Positions 26,741 through 36,116 of a stretch of DNA of 64,000 nt are shown piece after piece. The first letter of the stretch is position 1. Each line of letters opens with the position of its first letter. A program made the position numbers and the translations under genes. Source of the stretch: a phage; NCBI GenBank assembly GCA_032691205.1, contig GCA_032691205.1_4541.1. One strand, given 5' to 3'. The notes under the pieces are model-generated. The model was not told where the DNA came from, did not search any database, and saw only the letters and a program-made list of their open reading frames with translations.

Positions 26741-27682
26741 TGTAGAAGTTTCTTGTCGTACTATGCCACCGAACAAGGAGAAAAATATGATGGACGATTC
26801 AACCTTGGAGTAGTTTCTATCAACTTGCCTCTGATTGCTGCGGAAGCGAGAAGTAAAGGAGAATCTTTCACCGATCTTCTTAATAAACATATGGAGATAG
26901 CCTACGATGCTCACATGTTACGTGTAAACCGTATCAGACATACCAAAGCATCGGAAAACCCTATTCTTTTCATGGAAGGGGCTTTAGCGCGTTTAAATGC
27001 CAACGATGAAATTGGTGCTTTGTTTGAAGGTGGTTATGCTTCTATTAGTATTGGTTATGTAGGTCTTGCCGAAGCTTTGGAAATCCTTTATCCAGAGGAA
27101 AAAGATAAAAAGGAACTAGGTAAAAACATTCTGCAACATATGAAAGATGTGTGTGCTGTGTTTAAAGAACGATCTAAGTTGGCATTTAGTCTTTATGGAA
27201 CTCCAGCAGAATCCTTGTGCTATAAATTTGCAACAGCTTTAAATGAAAAATATCCAGGTCTGGTAGAAAGAGACTATCTTACTAATTCTTTTCATCAACC
27301 TGTAGGGTTGGTAACAAATCCTTTTGAAAAATGGGATTATGAAGCAGGTTTTGCACAGATTAGCAATGGTGGTAACATAAGTTATGTCGAAACACCAAAC
27401 TTAAAGAATAACTTAGAAGCTTTGGAGACTTTAGTAGACTACGCTTATGAACATATTCACTATTTTGGTATTAATCAGCCCGTGGATCAATGCTTTAAGT
27501 GTGGTTTTCATGGAGAATTTAAGGCAACGGCTAAAGGGTTTGAGTGTCCTGATTGTGGCAACCATGAAGAAGAAACTATTTCTGTAGTTAGACGTGTATC
27601 AGGGTATCTTTCTGCCCCTAATTCACGGCCTTATAACAAAGGTAAAATGCAGGAAGTTTTGCAAAGGGAGAAACATCTTTGA
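26741..27682 (+). CDS. nrdD: anaerobic ribonucleoside-triphosphate reductase NrdD, exon 2
   Basis: C-terminal Zn ribbon CFKCGFHGEF...CPDCG and glycyl-radical motif RRVSGYLS. Confidence 0.75.
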   Translation, partial: CRSFLSYYATEQGEKYDGRFNLGVVSINLPLIAAEARSKGESFTDLLNKHMEIAYDAHMLRVNRIRHTKASENPILFMEGALARLNANDEIGALFEGGYASISIGYVGLAEALEILYPEEKDKKELGKNILQHMKDVCAVFKERSKLAFSLYGTPAESLCYKFATALNEKYPGLVERDYLTNSFHQPVGLVTNPFEKWDYEAGFAQISNGGNISYVETPNLKNNLEALETLVDYAYEHIHYFGINQPVDQCFKCGFHGEFKATAKGFECPDCGNHEEETISVVRRVSGYLSAPNSRPYNKGKMQEVLQREKHL

Positions 27683-28149
27683 ATTTTGCAGGATATGAAC
27701 CTGTAGATCTTATTAATGGTGAGGGAGTTAGGTGCTCCCTCTGGGTTAGTGGTTGTAGCCACGGTTGTCGTGGCTGTTTTAACCAGAAAGCCTGGTCTTA
27801 TTCTTATGGGAAACCGTTCACTAACGAAAATGTAGAGCAAGTTTTAAAAGATTTGTCAAGACCATTTGTAAAAGGTTTAACAATTTTAGGAGGAGAACCA
27901 TTAGATCCGCAGAATATTTACAATGTTAAAAACCTTATAGAAAAGGTTAGAGACGTTTATGGGTCAAGCAAAGATATAATGGTGTATACAGGATATACTT
28001 TTGAGGAAGTGCCTTTGTATATTAAAAATCTTGTTGACATTATTGTAGACGGAAAGTATGAAATAAACAATCCAACCACAAAACCTTTCAGAGGGTCAGA
28101 TAATCAAAGATTATGGACCAAAACGGCAAGTGGTTGGCAATCAGATTAA
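27679..28149 (+). CDS. nrdG: anaerobic ribonucleotide reductase activating protein NrdG
   Basis: GVRCSLWVSGCSHGCRGCFNQ radical-SAM motif; TTG start overlapping the nrdD stop. Confidence 0.8.
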   Translation: MNFAGYEPVDLINGEGVRCSLWVSGCSHGCRGCFNQKAWSYSYGKPFTNENVEQVLKDLSRPFVKGLTILGGEPLDPQNIYNVKNLIEKVRDVYGSSKDIMVYTGYTFEEVPLYIKNLVDIIVDGKYEINNPTTKPFRGSDNQRLWTKTASGWQSD

Positions 28150-28162
28150 CTTAGGAGGTTTC

Positions 28163-28354
28163 ATGGTTACATATTTTGCTGTAGGAGATAGAGTAGGGAC
28201 GGCAGGAGAACTTTTGAAGAACAGTGATCGGGACGTTAAGGACATTCTTGCAACCCTTGCGGATATTTTACAAAGAAAAGAGTTGCTTTCTGATCGAGAT
28301 GTTGCTAAATTACTTGATATCGGAGGAGATGAACTTCAAAGACTTCCATTTTAA
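28163..28354 (+). CDS. hypothetical protein
   Basis: Start at MVTYFAVGD with RBS AGGAGG. Confidence 0.5.
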   Translation: MVTYFAVGDRVGTAGELLKNSDRDVKDILATLADILQRKELLSDRDVAKLLDIGGDELQRLPF

Positions 28355-28369
28355 GTGAGGAGATAAGTA

Positions 28370-28975
28370 ATGCAACATAGTGTAGTAGTCAATATGCCGA
28401 ATAGTGGGGATAAATCTTTTGGTGTCCCTGCTAAAAAAGTGTGGAAAGCCCATTTTCATCTTACTTTATCTAACGTTAGTTCTGAAGAGTTGATGAAAGC
28501 AGCTAAGATTATTGGTGCCAAATGCACAACAATTGATTTACATCGGGATACAAAGTCTCAACGTGATCGTATGTTAACAAAGTATCAAAGCGATCTCGAC
28601 ACTACTTTAATGTTGCAGTGTGTAGAAAAACTTGAGAATGCAGGTTTCAATGTTGTTCGTTACAAACTGGAACGAATGTTTAAACATGTTGCCTGTGTTC
28701 TTTTCATGGATCTAAGTAAAGAAAATTATGGAGAAGTTCACATTAAGACTTCAGCAAGTGATCCCGAAGTAGAAACAAACTTCTTCCGTATTTCTTCTAA
28801 TGCTGAAGAAATTGATTACCGATTTTATAATGCTCGCTTATATTCCGCAGAAGATAAGTTGCGTTTCAATGAAGCGTATGATATGCTCTTGAACAGTGGG
28901 ATACAGATAAAAGGCTACCACATAGAACAAGTTGTGGTAGACAGTAACTTAAATCTTGATGCGTGGTGGGCCTAG
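28370..28975 (+). CDS. hypothetical protein
   Basis: ORF 201 aa, RBS GAGGAGATAAG; first gene of the Ter-like block. Confidence 0.65.
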   Translation: MQHSVVVNMPNSGDKSFGVPAKKVWKAHFHLTLSNVSSEELMKAAKIIGAKCTTIDLHRDTKSQRDRMLTKYQSDLDTTLMLQCVEKLENAGFNVVRYKLERMFKHVACVLFMDLSKENYGEVHIKTSASDPEVETNFFRISSNAEEIDYRFYNARLYSAEDKLRFNEAYDMLLNSGIQIKGYHIEQVVVDSNLNLDAWWA

Positions 28976-28976
28976 T

Positions 28977-29633
28977 ATGACAATAAAACATATTTCTTTT
29001 GATGTATGGAATACTCTTATTTCTGCCAATCAAAACTATGCAGATGCACGTACGCACACTATTGCTACATATGGTAGAATGTCTGAACGTGCGGCAAAAG
29101 AAGCATATAAAGATGCCAAAGAAATTATGGATAATGCTGCACTAAATGGGTGTGCAGAAGGTGTAGCATATGCATGGAATATGTTGGGAAGAAAGATAGG
29201 TTTAACCCCTGTAGAATCTGCACAAATGCGTTTTGAGTGTGAGCAATGGTTTCTTAAATTTCCTCCACATATCGCTTTAGATTTGCCAGTTTGTTTGCTA
29301 TACTTGTCTGGTAAATATGATCTTAGTATTAAAAGCAATACTAATTTTATATCTGGGGATATTTTGCGTCGTGCTTGTATGTTCGACAGTTGGAATTGTT
29401 TTGAATTTATGCATTTTTCAGACGAACATCTGTTATGTAAACCAGATCCTAGATTCTTTGTTAGGACCGCCACATATTCAAGCATTCCTTTGAAGGCTGA
29501 AGAGATTTTACATGTTGGGGACAGCGAAGAATTTGATGGTAAATGTGTTGACATAGGGATTAACTTCTGTCATATTAAGAACCCTAACGATTTACTAGAG
29601 AAACTTAAAAGAGGAGAAATTGTAAATGCGTAA
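28977..29633 (+). CDS. HAD-superfamily-like hydrolase (divergent)
   Basis: ISFDVWNTL (motif I with the second Asp replaced) and LHVGDSEEFDGK (motif IV-like). Confidence 0.4.
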   Translation: MTIKHISFDVWNTLISANQNYADARTHTIATYGRMSERAAKEAYKDAKEIMDNAALNGCAEGVAYAWNMLGRKIGLTPVESAQMRFECEQWFLKFPPHIALDLPVCLLYLSGKYDLSIKSNTNFISGDILRRACMFDSWNCFEFMHFSDEHLLCKPDPRFFVRTATYSSIPLKAEEILHVGDSEEFDGKCVDIGINFCHIKNPNDLLEKLKRGEIVNA

Positions 29634-30453
29634 TCAAACTCAAATTTTTGCAAATAAATTTGATGACCTGGAAACTGCTACTTTTGATATCAAAGACTAT
29701 TCAAAATTGAAATTTGGTTGTAACCAAGCTGCGCGTCGTATGGGTAAAGAATTGGCACTTCAGTTTTTTGCTCAAGTGGCAATGAAACATATTGGGGAAC
29801 AATTTGTTATCATCCCTTCTCCTTATAACCATGTGCACAATGCTGCAACAATGATGACAGATCATTTTATTAATTACTTTAATATGTTGCAAGCACAATA
29901 TGATCAAGGTCGTTCAGCAGAACTGGATATTATTCATCGTAAAGTTAGCTATATCAACGATTATGGTTTCTTGGATAAAGCTAGTCGTAAGAAACTTATT
30001 GATGGGGATACATTCTACTGCAACAAAGAATTCTGGGGTGATAAGAAGCTTGTGTTCATTGATGATGTAAATATCACCGGAACTCATGAAGACAAACTGA
30101 TTGAGATTCTTGATGAAAATCAAGTTAAAAATGATGTTTACTTCTTGTATTTTGCAAAATATGAAGGTAATCAAGCAGATACTGAAGCTAAACTGAATTT
30201 TAACTACATCAATACACCAGAAGCGTTTGTTAAAATGATTAATGAAGAACGTGATGCACAGTGTCTTGTTCGTCCTATTAAGTATCTTATGGGCCAAAAT
30301 CACGAAGACTTCAAAATCATTCTTAGCCAATTGCCACACTACTATGTAGAGCAACTTTTCTTCGGATGTTTGGGAGAAGGTTACAACCGAATTTCAAAGT
30401 ATGCTGAAAACTTTGAATTCTTGGATCGTTACACAAAACAACACATTCTGTAA
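29626..30453 (+). CDS. phosphoribosyltransferase-like protein
   Basis: PRPP-binding signature KKLVFIDDVNITGTHEDKL. Confidence 0.55.
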   Translation: MRNQTQIFANKFDDLETATFDIKDYSKLKFGCNQAARRMGKELALQFFAQVAMKHIGEQFVIIPSPYNHVHNAATMMTDHFINYFNMLQAQYDQGRSAELDIIHRKVSYINDYGFLDKASRKKLIDGDTFYCNKEFWGDKKLVFIDDVNITGTHEDKLIEILDENQVKNDVYFLYFAKYEGNQADTEAKLNFNYINTPEAFVKMINEERDAQCLVRPIKYLMGQNHEDFKIILSQLPHYYVEQLFFGCLGEGYNRISKYAENFEFLDRYTKQHIL

Positions 30454-30466
30454 TAAGGAGCTAAAA

Positions 30467-30940
30467 ATGCTTAAAATGAAAACAGGTAATCTTATTGATG
30501 CCGCTAAAGCAGGTGAAGTAACTGTTATTGCTCATTGTTGCAATTGTATGTGTAATATGGGAGCAGGAATTGCTCCGCAAATTAAACGAGCATTCCCTTA
30601 TGCATATGCGGCAGATTTAGACACAATGGCTGGTGATCAAAGTAAGTTAGGTTCTTTTAGTTTAGGGGTGCCAGACGAACAATCAGACCCTTTGGTATAT
30701 AATCTATACGGGCAATACCGTTACGGATACAATGCTAAAGGTCGTCAGTTGGACTATGATGCACTTTACGATGCACTAATAGCTATGGCTAATGATTTGC
30801 TTCTCCGTGACCAAAAATGTAAGATAGGTTTACCTATGATTGGAGCGGGACATGCCGGAGGTAATTGGGCTATCATCCAAGTGATGATTGAAGAAACTTT
30901 AGTAAAAACAGGTCACGATGTGACTATTTATAAACTTTAA
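30467..30940 (+). CDS. macro-domain protein (ADP-ribose binding/hydrolase)
   Basis: Start MLKMKTGN with RBS TAAGGAG; EVTVIAHCCNCMCNMGAGIAPQIKRAFP and IGLPMIGAGHAGG. Confidence 0.65.
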   Translation: MLKMKTGNLIDAAKAGEVTVIAHCCNCMCNMGAGIAPQIKRAFPYAYAADLDTMAGDQSKLGSFSLGVPDEQSDPLVYNLYGQYRYGYNAKGRQLDYDALYDALIAMANDLLLRDQKCKIGLPMIGAGHAGGNWAIIQVMIEETLVKTGHDVTIYKL

Positions 30941-30952
30941 GAGGAGATTAGT

Positions 30953-31174
30953 ATGGGTGTTTTTGCAGGTATTGTTGCAGTGGTAAGCTTTTTTGTTATT
31001 GCTTTTATGCTTAGTTTGATTCCAGCTTGGTTACTGTTGCTGGCTTACAACTATGTTGCTGAAGTTATGGGTCATGCAGATATCACTGTCCCAGTAACCT
31101 TCTGGACCGTGGTTTGTGTTTCGTTTATTTTGGCGGTATTACGAGGAATCTTTTCCTCTCATTCAACAAAATAA
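30953..31174 (+). CDS. hypothetical small membrane protein
   Basis: 73 aa, two predicted TM helices. Confidence 0.55.
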   Translation: MGVFAGIVAVVSFFVIAFMLSLIPAWLLLLAYNYVAEVMGHADITVPVTFWTVVCVSFILAVLRGIFSSHSTK

Positions 31175-31177
31175 GTG

Positions 31178-31236
31178 TTGACATAGTTCTTAAAAAGAGT
31201 AAGATATATCACATGAAGCGGGGAATAGTTCCCCGC
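31178..31236 (+). promoter_or_regulatory. early-type promoter + 5'-UTR hairpin unit (only plus-strand copy), upstream of terC
   Basis: TTGACA-16nt-TAAGAT then hairpin GCGGGGAA-TAG-TTCCCCGC (31218-31236), RBS AGAGGAGAA. Confidence 0.6.
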
Positions 31237-31253
31237 AAAGAGAGGAGAAAAGA

Positions 31254-32228
31254 ATGCAACTCGGTTTCCCAATTATTGATGTAGTTGTTTTAGTTGGTAT
31301 TTTAGCATTGTCTATTGGTATCGATTTCTTTGGTCATAAAGAGAATAAAGAAATTGGAATTAAATCTGCTTTGCTTTGGTCTGTTTTTTGGATTGCTTTA
31401 GCTTTAGGGTATTACGCATTCATTTGGGTAGAACATGGTAAAGAGTTTGCCGCGCTTTTCCTAAGTGGCTATGTGTTGGAAAAGAGTCTTTCTGTAGATA
31501 ACCTAATGGTGTTCATGGCAATTTTTGCAAGCTTTGGAATTAAGAGCACACATCTCCAACATAAGATTCTACTTTGGGGGATTGCAGGAGCCATTGTCTT
31601 CCGAGGTATTTTTGTTGCAGCAGGGACCGCTTTGTTTAACCTTCATTGGTCGGTCCAAGTGTTGTTCGGTTTGATTGTAGCTTGGTCTGCCGTGGCTATC
31701 ATCAAAGGTGGTGACGAAGAAGAGGATATTGATTACTCTAAACATTGGGCTGTTCGTTTAGTAGGTAAAGTTCTGCCTGTGCACAATGCACTGGATGGTG
31801 AAAAGTTCATCACCATTAAGAATGGTATTAAATATGCAACTCCTGCTCTTCTTTGTGTGTTTGTTATTGAGCTTACAGATATTGTCTTCTCTTTTGATTC
31901 AGTTCCGGCTGTGATCGGTGTGACACAAGAACCTCTGCTAGTTTATTCTGCAATGCTGATGGCTGTTCTTGGTTTACGTGCACTTTTCTTTGTGTTAAGT
32001 GTAGCTGTGAAATATCTGGTTCACTTAGAGAAAGCTGTTGCTGTGGTTCTGGTGTTTGTTGGTGCTAAACTTATGTATCACCCGTTCGGTGAAACACTTC
32101 ATGCCAAGTGGTCATTCCTCCCGCATGATATTTCCCCTAACGTAAGTCTGATGATTGTTCTAGGCACATTATCTCTTGGTGTTATTGCAAGCTTTATCTT
32201 CCCTGAAAAAGAAGAAGCTACTGTTTAA
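31254..32228 (+). CDS. terC: TerC-family integral membrane protein
   Basis: 324 aa multi-pass; conserved LEKSLSVDNLMVF and ELTDIVFSFDSVPAVIGV. Confidence 0.65.
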   Translation: MQLGFPIIDVVVLVGILALSIGIDFFGHKENKEIGIKSALLWSVFWIALALGYYAFIWVEHGKEFAALFLSGYVLEKSLSVDNLMVFMAIFASFGIKSTHLQHKILLWGIAGAIVFRGIFVAAGTALFNLHWSVQVLFGLIVAWSAVAIIKGGDEEEDIDYSKHWAVRLVGKVLPVHNALDGEKFITIKNGIKYATPALLCVFVIELTDIVFSFDSVPAVIGVTQEPLLVYSAMLMAVLGLRALFFVLSVAVKYLVHLEKAVAVVLVFVGAKLMYHPFGETLHAKWSFLPHDISPNVSLMIVLGTLSLGVIASFIFPEKEEATV

Positions 32229-32234
32229 TAAATG

Positions 32235-32258
32235 AGCCTCCTTCGGGAGGCTATTTTA
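32235..32258 (+). terminator. rho-independent terminator
   Basis: AGCCTCC-TTCG-GGAGGCT then ATTTTAT. Confidence 0.6.
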
Positions 32259-32270
32259 TAGGAGAGACTT

Positions 32271-32621
32271 ATGAGTAATTTTGATGAAATTCAAGAACTT
32301 GTTTGGGATTTATCTGGTGATGTGGATTACGTTTTAGATTATCTTTCAAAAGTTTACCCTGGGGTAAGCGTTATGATCGTGACCAAAGATCCAATTAATT
32401 TGCCTCCTAATGTGGTAGCTTGTTGTGGGAGTGGTTCAGGGGAAGTGGAGCCTGTATCCCGTTGGGAATTAACTAAAGCTGTTTCAAAACGAAACGGTGA
32501 AGTTTTGAATATTGATATCGAGCAAATATGGACTTCTCCAGCAGCTAAATGGAATGATCCGAATGGTTGGGACTTGTTCTTCTGGGATAATGAAACTGAT
32601 GATGAGGTATTTTTAAAATGA
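32271..32621 (+). CDS. hypothetical protein
   Basis: ORF 116 aa. Confidence 0.55.
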   Translation: MSNFDEIQELVWDLSGDVDYVLDYLSKVYPGVSVMIVTKDPINLPPNVVACCGSGSGEVEPVSRWELTKAVSKRNGEVLNIDIEQIWTSPAAKWNDPNGWDLFFWDNETDDEVFLK

Positions 32622-32804
32622 AATACTTGTTGGTTGTGTTTGAAAATATTTGTTTTGCAATAGGGTTGTTTGTTGTAATTTTTGTATTGACAAGCGTAAT
32701 CAACGGCAGTAAAGTGAGTTTATACCGAGATGGAGAGCAACTTTATTGCTTCTCTGGAGATTTCAAACACAGATGTATTAATAGCCAAAACGAGGAAAGC
32801 AAAT

Positions 32805-33242
32805 ATGAAAAAACTAGCCCTGATTTTAATTGGTTGTATCTTTTTAACAGCTTGCGAGGATGAAACAAATCCTGCACAATACCAACAACCTCCTCAACAA
32901 TACGCTCAACAAGGATCTGACGGAGATACAACTATTATCAACAATGGTGGCGGTTCTAGTAGTAGCGGTGTTGGTGAGTTTGCTACAGGTATGTTGTTAG
33001 GGCATATGATGAGTGGCGGTAGTAATCGTAGCAGTGGGGATTATAACGATAACAGAACGATTATTAATAAGCATTATAATACACCTAAACCGAAAACTAA
33101 TTTTTATAGTAAGCCTAAACAAGAGATAAAAACTTATGAAAAGCCGAGACAAACTTTTAAAACAAATAGTAGCTATACAACTCGTAAATCTTACAATAGC
33201 CCTTTAAGTAAAAAGAGTTCATCTCGTAGCAAGCGACGTTAA
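32805..33242 (+). CDS. lipoprotein with Gly-rich segment
   Basis: MKKLALILIGCIFLTAC lipobox; GGGSSSSGVGEFATGMLLGHMMSGG; RBS GAGGAAAG. Confidence 0.55.
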   Translation: MKKLALILIGCIFLTACEDETNPAQYQQPPQQYAQQGSDGDTTIINNGGGSSSSGVGEFATGMLLGHMMSGGSNRSSGDYNDNRTIINKHYNTPKPKTNFYSKPKQEIKTYEKPRQTFKTNSSYTTRKSYNSPLSKKSSSRSKRR

Positions 33243-33256
33243 TAAGGAGAAAAACA

Positions 33257-33850
33257 ATGACAATTTCTATTCGTACTTCCATCGTAGGTGTTAAAAGGTT
33301 GCCTAATGCTTTGCAAATCACACGCGCTTTGAGGGATACATTCTCTGCTGTGGACGAGCATAAGATGCTTGATAATCTTTCAAATTGGCCCTATTTCCAT
33401 TATTTTAAAAATGAAGATGACGAGTTTATAGACGCTGTTTCTTATGGTTATGATTTCGGTAAGGAGGTTTCTGCTGAAGAATTTGTAGCTATGGTGTTCC
33501 CAAACGGTTTGCCTACTCGCAGTAAACGTAAAAAAGGACCAAAAAACAAGAAACGTGCTACTAATAAAGCTACCATTTTCTTTACTGATGGCACACAATA
33601 TACGATTAAAGATTTTGAAGAGGTATCTTATACAGCAGGTGGGAATCTTTCTTTCTACACCATCAAAAAACAAAACTCTACGTTCAGCCATGTTTCTAAC
33701 ATGATTGAAATGTTAGTAGAAGATATTGAAAGCGTAGCTGTGTTAGGTATGCATAAAAGCTTTTTAATTACAAATATTTCAGATTTCAGTGCACGTTTAT
33801 CTGGTCCTGATTTTGAAACCACGACCACGCATTTCACTTTTAAGGTGTAA
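33257..33850 (+). CDS. hypothetical protein
   Basis: ORF 197 aa, RBS AAGGAGAA. Confidence 0.6.
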   Translation: MTISIRTSIVGVKRLPNALQITRALRDTFSAVDEHKMLDNLSNWPYFHYFKNEDDEFIDAVSYGYDFGKEVSAEEFVAMVFPNGLPTRSKRKKGPKNKKRATNKATIFFTDGTQYTIKDFEEVSYTAGGNLSFYTIKKQNSTFSHVSNMIEMLVEDIESVAVLGMHKSFLITNISDFSARLSGPDFETTTTHFTFKV

Positions 33851-33853
33851 GTT

Positions 33854-34444
33854 ATGTATACCGAGAGAGACTTGCAACTCTTGTGGTGGGAAGTGATGCA
33901 GGAAATAAAAGAAGATTTTCCTGTTTACTACAACATGTTACGTGAAGCAGGATATAAAGCTTGTGTTAGAAACAAAGTGAATAACTCTTTCGGTTGGTGC
34001 AACTACCGAGATAAAATTGTTGTTGTAAATTGGCACTTGCATAAGAACTCTACAAGAGATATGATCGTGGATACAATGAAGCACGAAATTGCTCATGCTA
34101 TTGATGGTTGTATGGGTAAGTTTAGTAGACACGGTGCTCATTGGCAAAAACTGGCAGCAGAGTTAGGGGCTAATCCTAAAGCCACTTCCAAAGAGCCGTT
34201 GAACCACGAATATAAATATGTTCTTGTTCTGGTAGATAGGTTTGCGACAAGATGTGTTAGAGGTTATAATCGTAAACCTAATCGCATGTACCCAGGTAAG
34301 CAACCTAATATGTGGTTGAAATCAGATAAAGAAGGGACCGAAGGAAAATTATGGTTGTATAAATGGGACGATTGGGTTAAAGTAGCTAAAGAGTACGGTG
34401 TTTCACCATATATAAGAGATGCAGAAGAGGAGAATGAAGAATGA
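33854..34444 (+). CDS. SprT-like zinc metallopeptidase
   Basis: HExxH motif MKHEIAHAIDGCMGKFSRHGAHWQ. Confidence 0.5.
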   Translation: MYTERDLQLLWWEVMQEIKEDFPVYYNMLREAGYKACVRNKVNNSFGWCNYRDKIVVVNWHLHKNSTRDMIVDTMKHEIAHAIDGCMGKFSRHGAHWQKLAAELGANPKATSKEPLNHEYKYVLVLVDRFATRCVRGYNRKPNRMYPGKQPNMWLKSDKEGTEGKLWLYKWDDWVKVAKEYGVSPYIRDAEEENEE

Positions 34445-35553
34445 CAAGTCCATTTTTAAAAGCAGCTACTGGCGGTCAGAAGAAGCCTGAAATGAGCGTA
34501 TTTGCTGCAACAACAGATGCAAGTAAATCTGTATTCGCTCCAAGCGTGTTAGATGCCAGTCCTGTTTATGCACCAGCGGCACCGCAAGAAGTTCCAGTTT
34601 TGCCTTCTATGACCCGACAAGAGATCGAAGAGATTGGGGCAGAGGCAGGAACAACCTTGCGTTCCTTGAATGCCGAGGTATTAAAACATCAACGTAGTAA
34701 TCAAGGCGATCAGATGAGTGAACGACTCACAGCTTTGATTAAACAGGCAAAACAACTTGATCCAAACTCTATTAAACAAAGCAAGGGTATTACTAAACTC
34801 ATTAAAAAAGTTATGGGTATGAAAGAAGATCTGTTTGGGGAGTTTGATAATGTTAATAACCGTATTGAAGAGTTGGTAAAAAACCTTCAAATGGATATTC
34901 GCAAAGAAGAAGATTCCTTGGTATATCTTGAAAAGCTACATCAAGCTATTGGACAATATGCTGCAAGTTTGAACCGAGATATGCAGCTTCTAACAGCAAC
35001 CTATGAAAAAGAAGAACAAGCTTTGGCTGCTCTTCCAGAAGATGCAGTAGAACAGCGACAAGTGATCCGAGATACTTTGGATCTTCTGGAGATTCGTATT
35101 GCAGATTTAAAAGCATTGCGCCTACTGTGTGTCCAAATGGGACCGCGTGTACAAGGTATGCAAAAAGTTTCTGCAAGCTTAATGCGATCTGCGCGTAACA
35201 TAGTAAATAATGTTATTCCTGCTTACTCTGCTAACTTCTCAATGTATATCGAGAGCTTACGTCAAATGAAAGCAGCAGAGACGCAGAATAACGTTCTTGA
35301 TGAATTTAACCTGGCAATTAAACTGGGTAGCGATCTTGCCACACAGAATCAGATCGAAGCAGCAGCCCTGGCTAACCGCCAAGTGCTCGATATTGAAACT
35401 CTGCGTCACGATCAGGAAAACTTGGTTAAAATGTTGGAAGAAACTAACCGCATCAATACGGAAGCCCGTGCTGCTCGTGTTGATTATATTAATGAAGTTC
35501 AATCTCTGGAAGACGGGATGGTAGCTGCTGTGAAACGAGGGCTTGGTAAATGA
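34441..35553 (+). CDS. TelA-like (toxic anion resistance family) protein
   Basis: 370 aa, almost entirely helical/coiled-coil; size and composition fit the TelA/KlaA family. Confidence 0.4.
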   Translation: MTSPFLKAATGGQKKPEMSVFAATTDASKSVFAPSVLDASPVYAPAAPQEVPVLPSMTRQEIEEIGAEAGTTLRSLNAEVLKHQRSNQGDQMSERLTALIKQAKQLDPNSIKQSKGITKLIKKVMGMKEDLFGEFDNVNNRIEELVKNLQMDIRKEEDSLVYLEKLHQAIGQYAASLNRDMQLLTATYEKEEQALAALPEDAVEQRQVIRDTLDLLEIRIADLKALRLLCVQMGPRVQGMQKVSASLMRSARNIVNNVIPAYSANFSMYIESLRQMKAAETQNNVLDEFNLAIKLGSDLATQNQIEAAALANRQVLDIETLRHDQENLVKMLEETNRINTEARAARVDYINEVQSLEDGMVAAVKRGLGK

Positions 35554-35747
35554 GAATCCGTATCTATATAATTGATGAAGACATTGGTGTCCGTTATGAT
35601 GACGAAAAACGATTCGCGCCGATGGGAGGCATATATCCCCCAAGTGTTCTAGCAGTTTGTCGTGATTGTTATATTTATGAAGGTTGTCGTAACTTCCGTA
35701 AATTCGAACTCCTTGCAGATATTGACTTCAATGAGGAGGAGGAGTAA
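35550..35747 (+). CDS. hypothetical protein
   Basis: ORF 65 aa, acidic C-terminus. Confidence 0.45.
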   Translation: MRIRIYIIDEDIGVRYDDEKRFAPMGGIYPPSVLAVCRDCYIYEGCRNFRKFELLADIDFNEEEE

Positions 35748-35920
35748 TGAAAATATTACGAGTGAATATTGAAACTGCTTGGTGTGGATGCAATGAGGTT
35801 GTGGATATCGAAATTGAAGATGATATGTCTCAAGAGGATATAGAAGATCTTGCGCACGAAACCTTTCAGGACTATTGTAATTACGGGTTTCATATTTTAG
35901 AGGAGGAAGAAGATGTTTAA
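35747..35920 (+). CDS. hypothetical protein (57 aa)
   Basis: ATG at 35747 with RBS GAGGAGGAGGAG. Confidence 0.4.
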   Translation: MKILRVNIETAWCGCNEVVDIEIEDDMSQEDIEDLAHETFQDYCNYGFHILEEEEDV

Positions 35921-36116
35921 CTACGATAACGACCCTAATATTATCCAGTTAACCCGACAAGAACTGATCACAATCATTGAAGATGCTTTTATTGATGGTT
36001 GGAATACACAAGATAATGACTGGGGTGGACCCGAAGCTTTTCTGGAACATCATAAAGCTTATGGAGAATTTTGTGAAACCACTGTAGCTCTTGATAATCT
36101 GAAGGAGGGTTTGTAA
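35913..36116 (+). CDS. hypothetical protein
   Basis: ORF 67 aa, RBS GAGGAGGAAGAAG. Confidence 0.5.
   Translation: MFNYDNDPNIIQLTRQELITIIEDAFIDGWNTQDNDWGGPEAFLEHHKAYGEFCETTVALDNLKEGL

Noticed and set aside
26717-27682. Second NrdD half as an independent TTG-initiated gene (split gene rather than intron)
   Set aside because: The TTG at 26717 has only a weak GGGAG upstream, while the U/G splice boundaries and the 604-aa joined product fit a group I intron better; not fully excluded
29036-30354. Minus-strand ORFs 29036..29554 and 29914..30354
   Set aside because: Antisense to the HAD-like and PRTase genes, which have recognisable motifs
32618-32863. ORF of 81 aa overlapping the lipoprotein gene
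   Set aside because: The lipoprotein start at 32805 has a proper RBS and lipobox; the overlapping frame may be a short membrane peptide but cannot be supported beyond hydrophobicity
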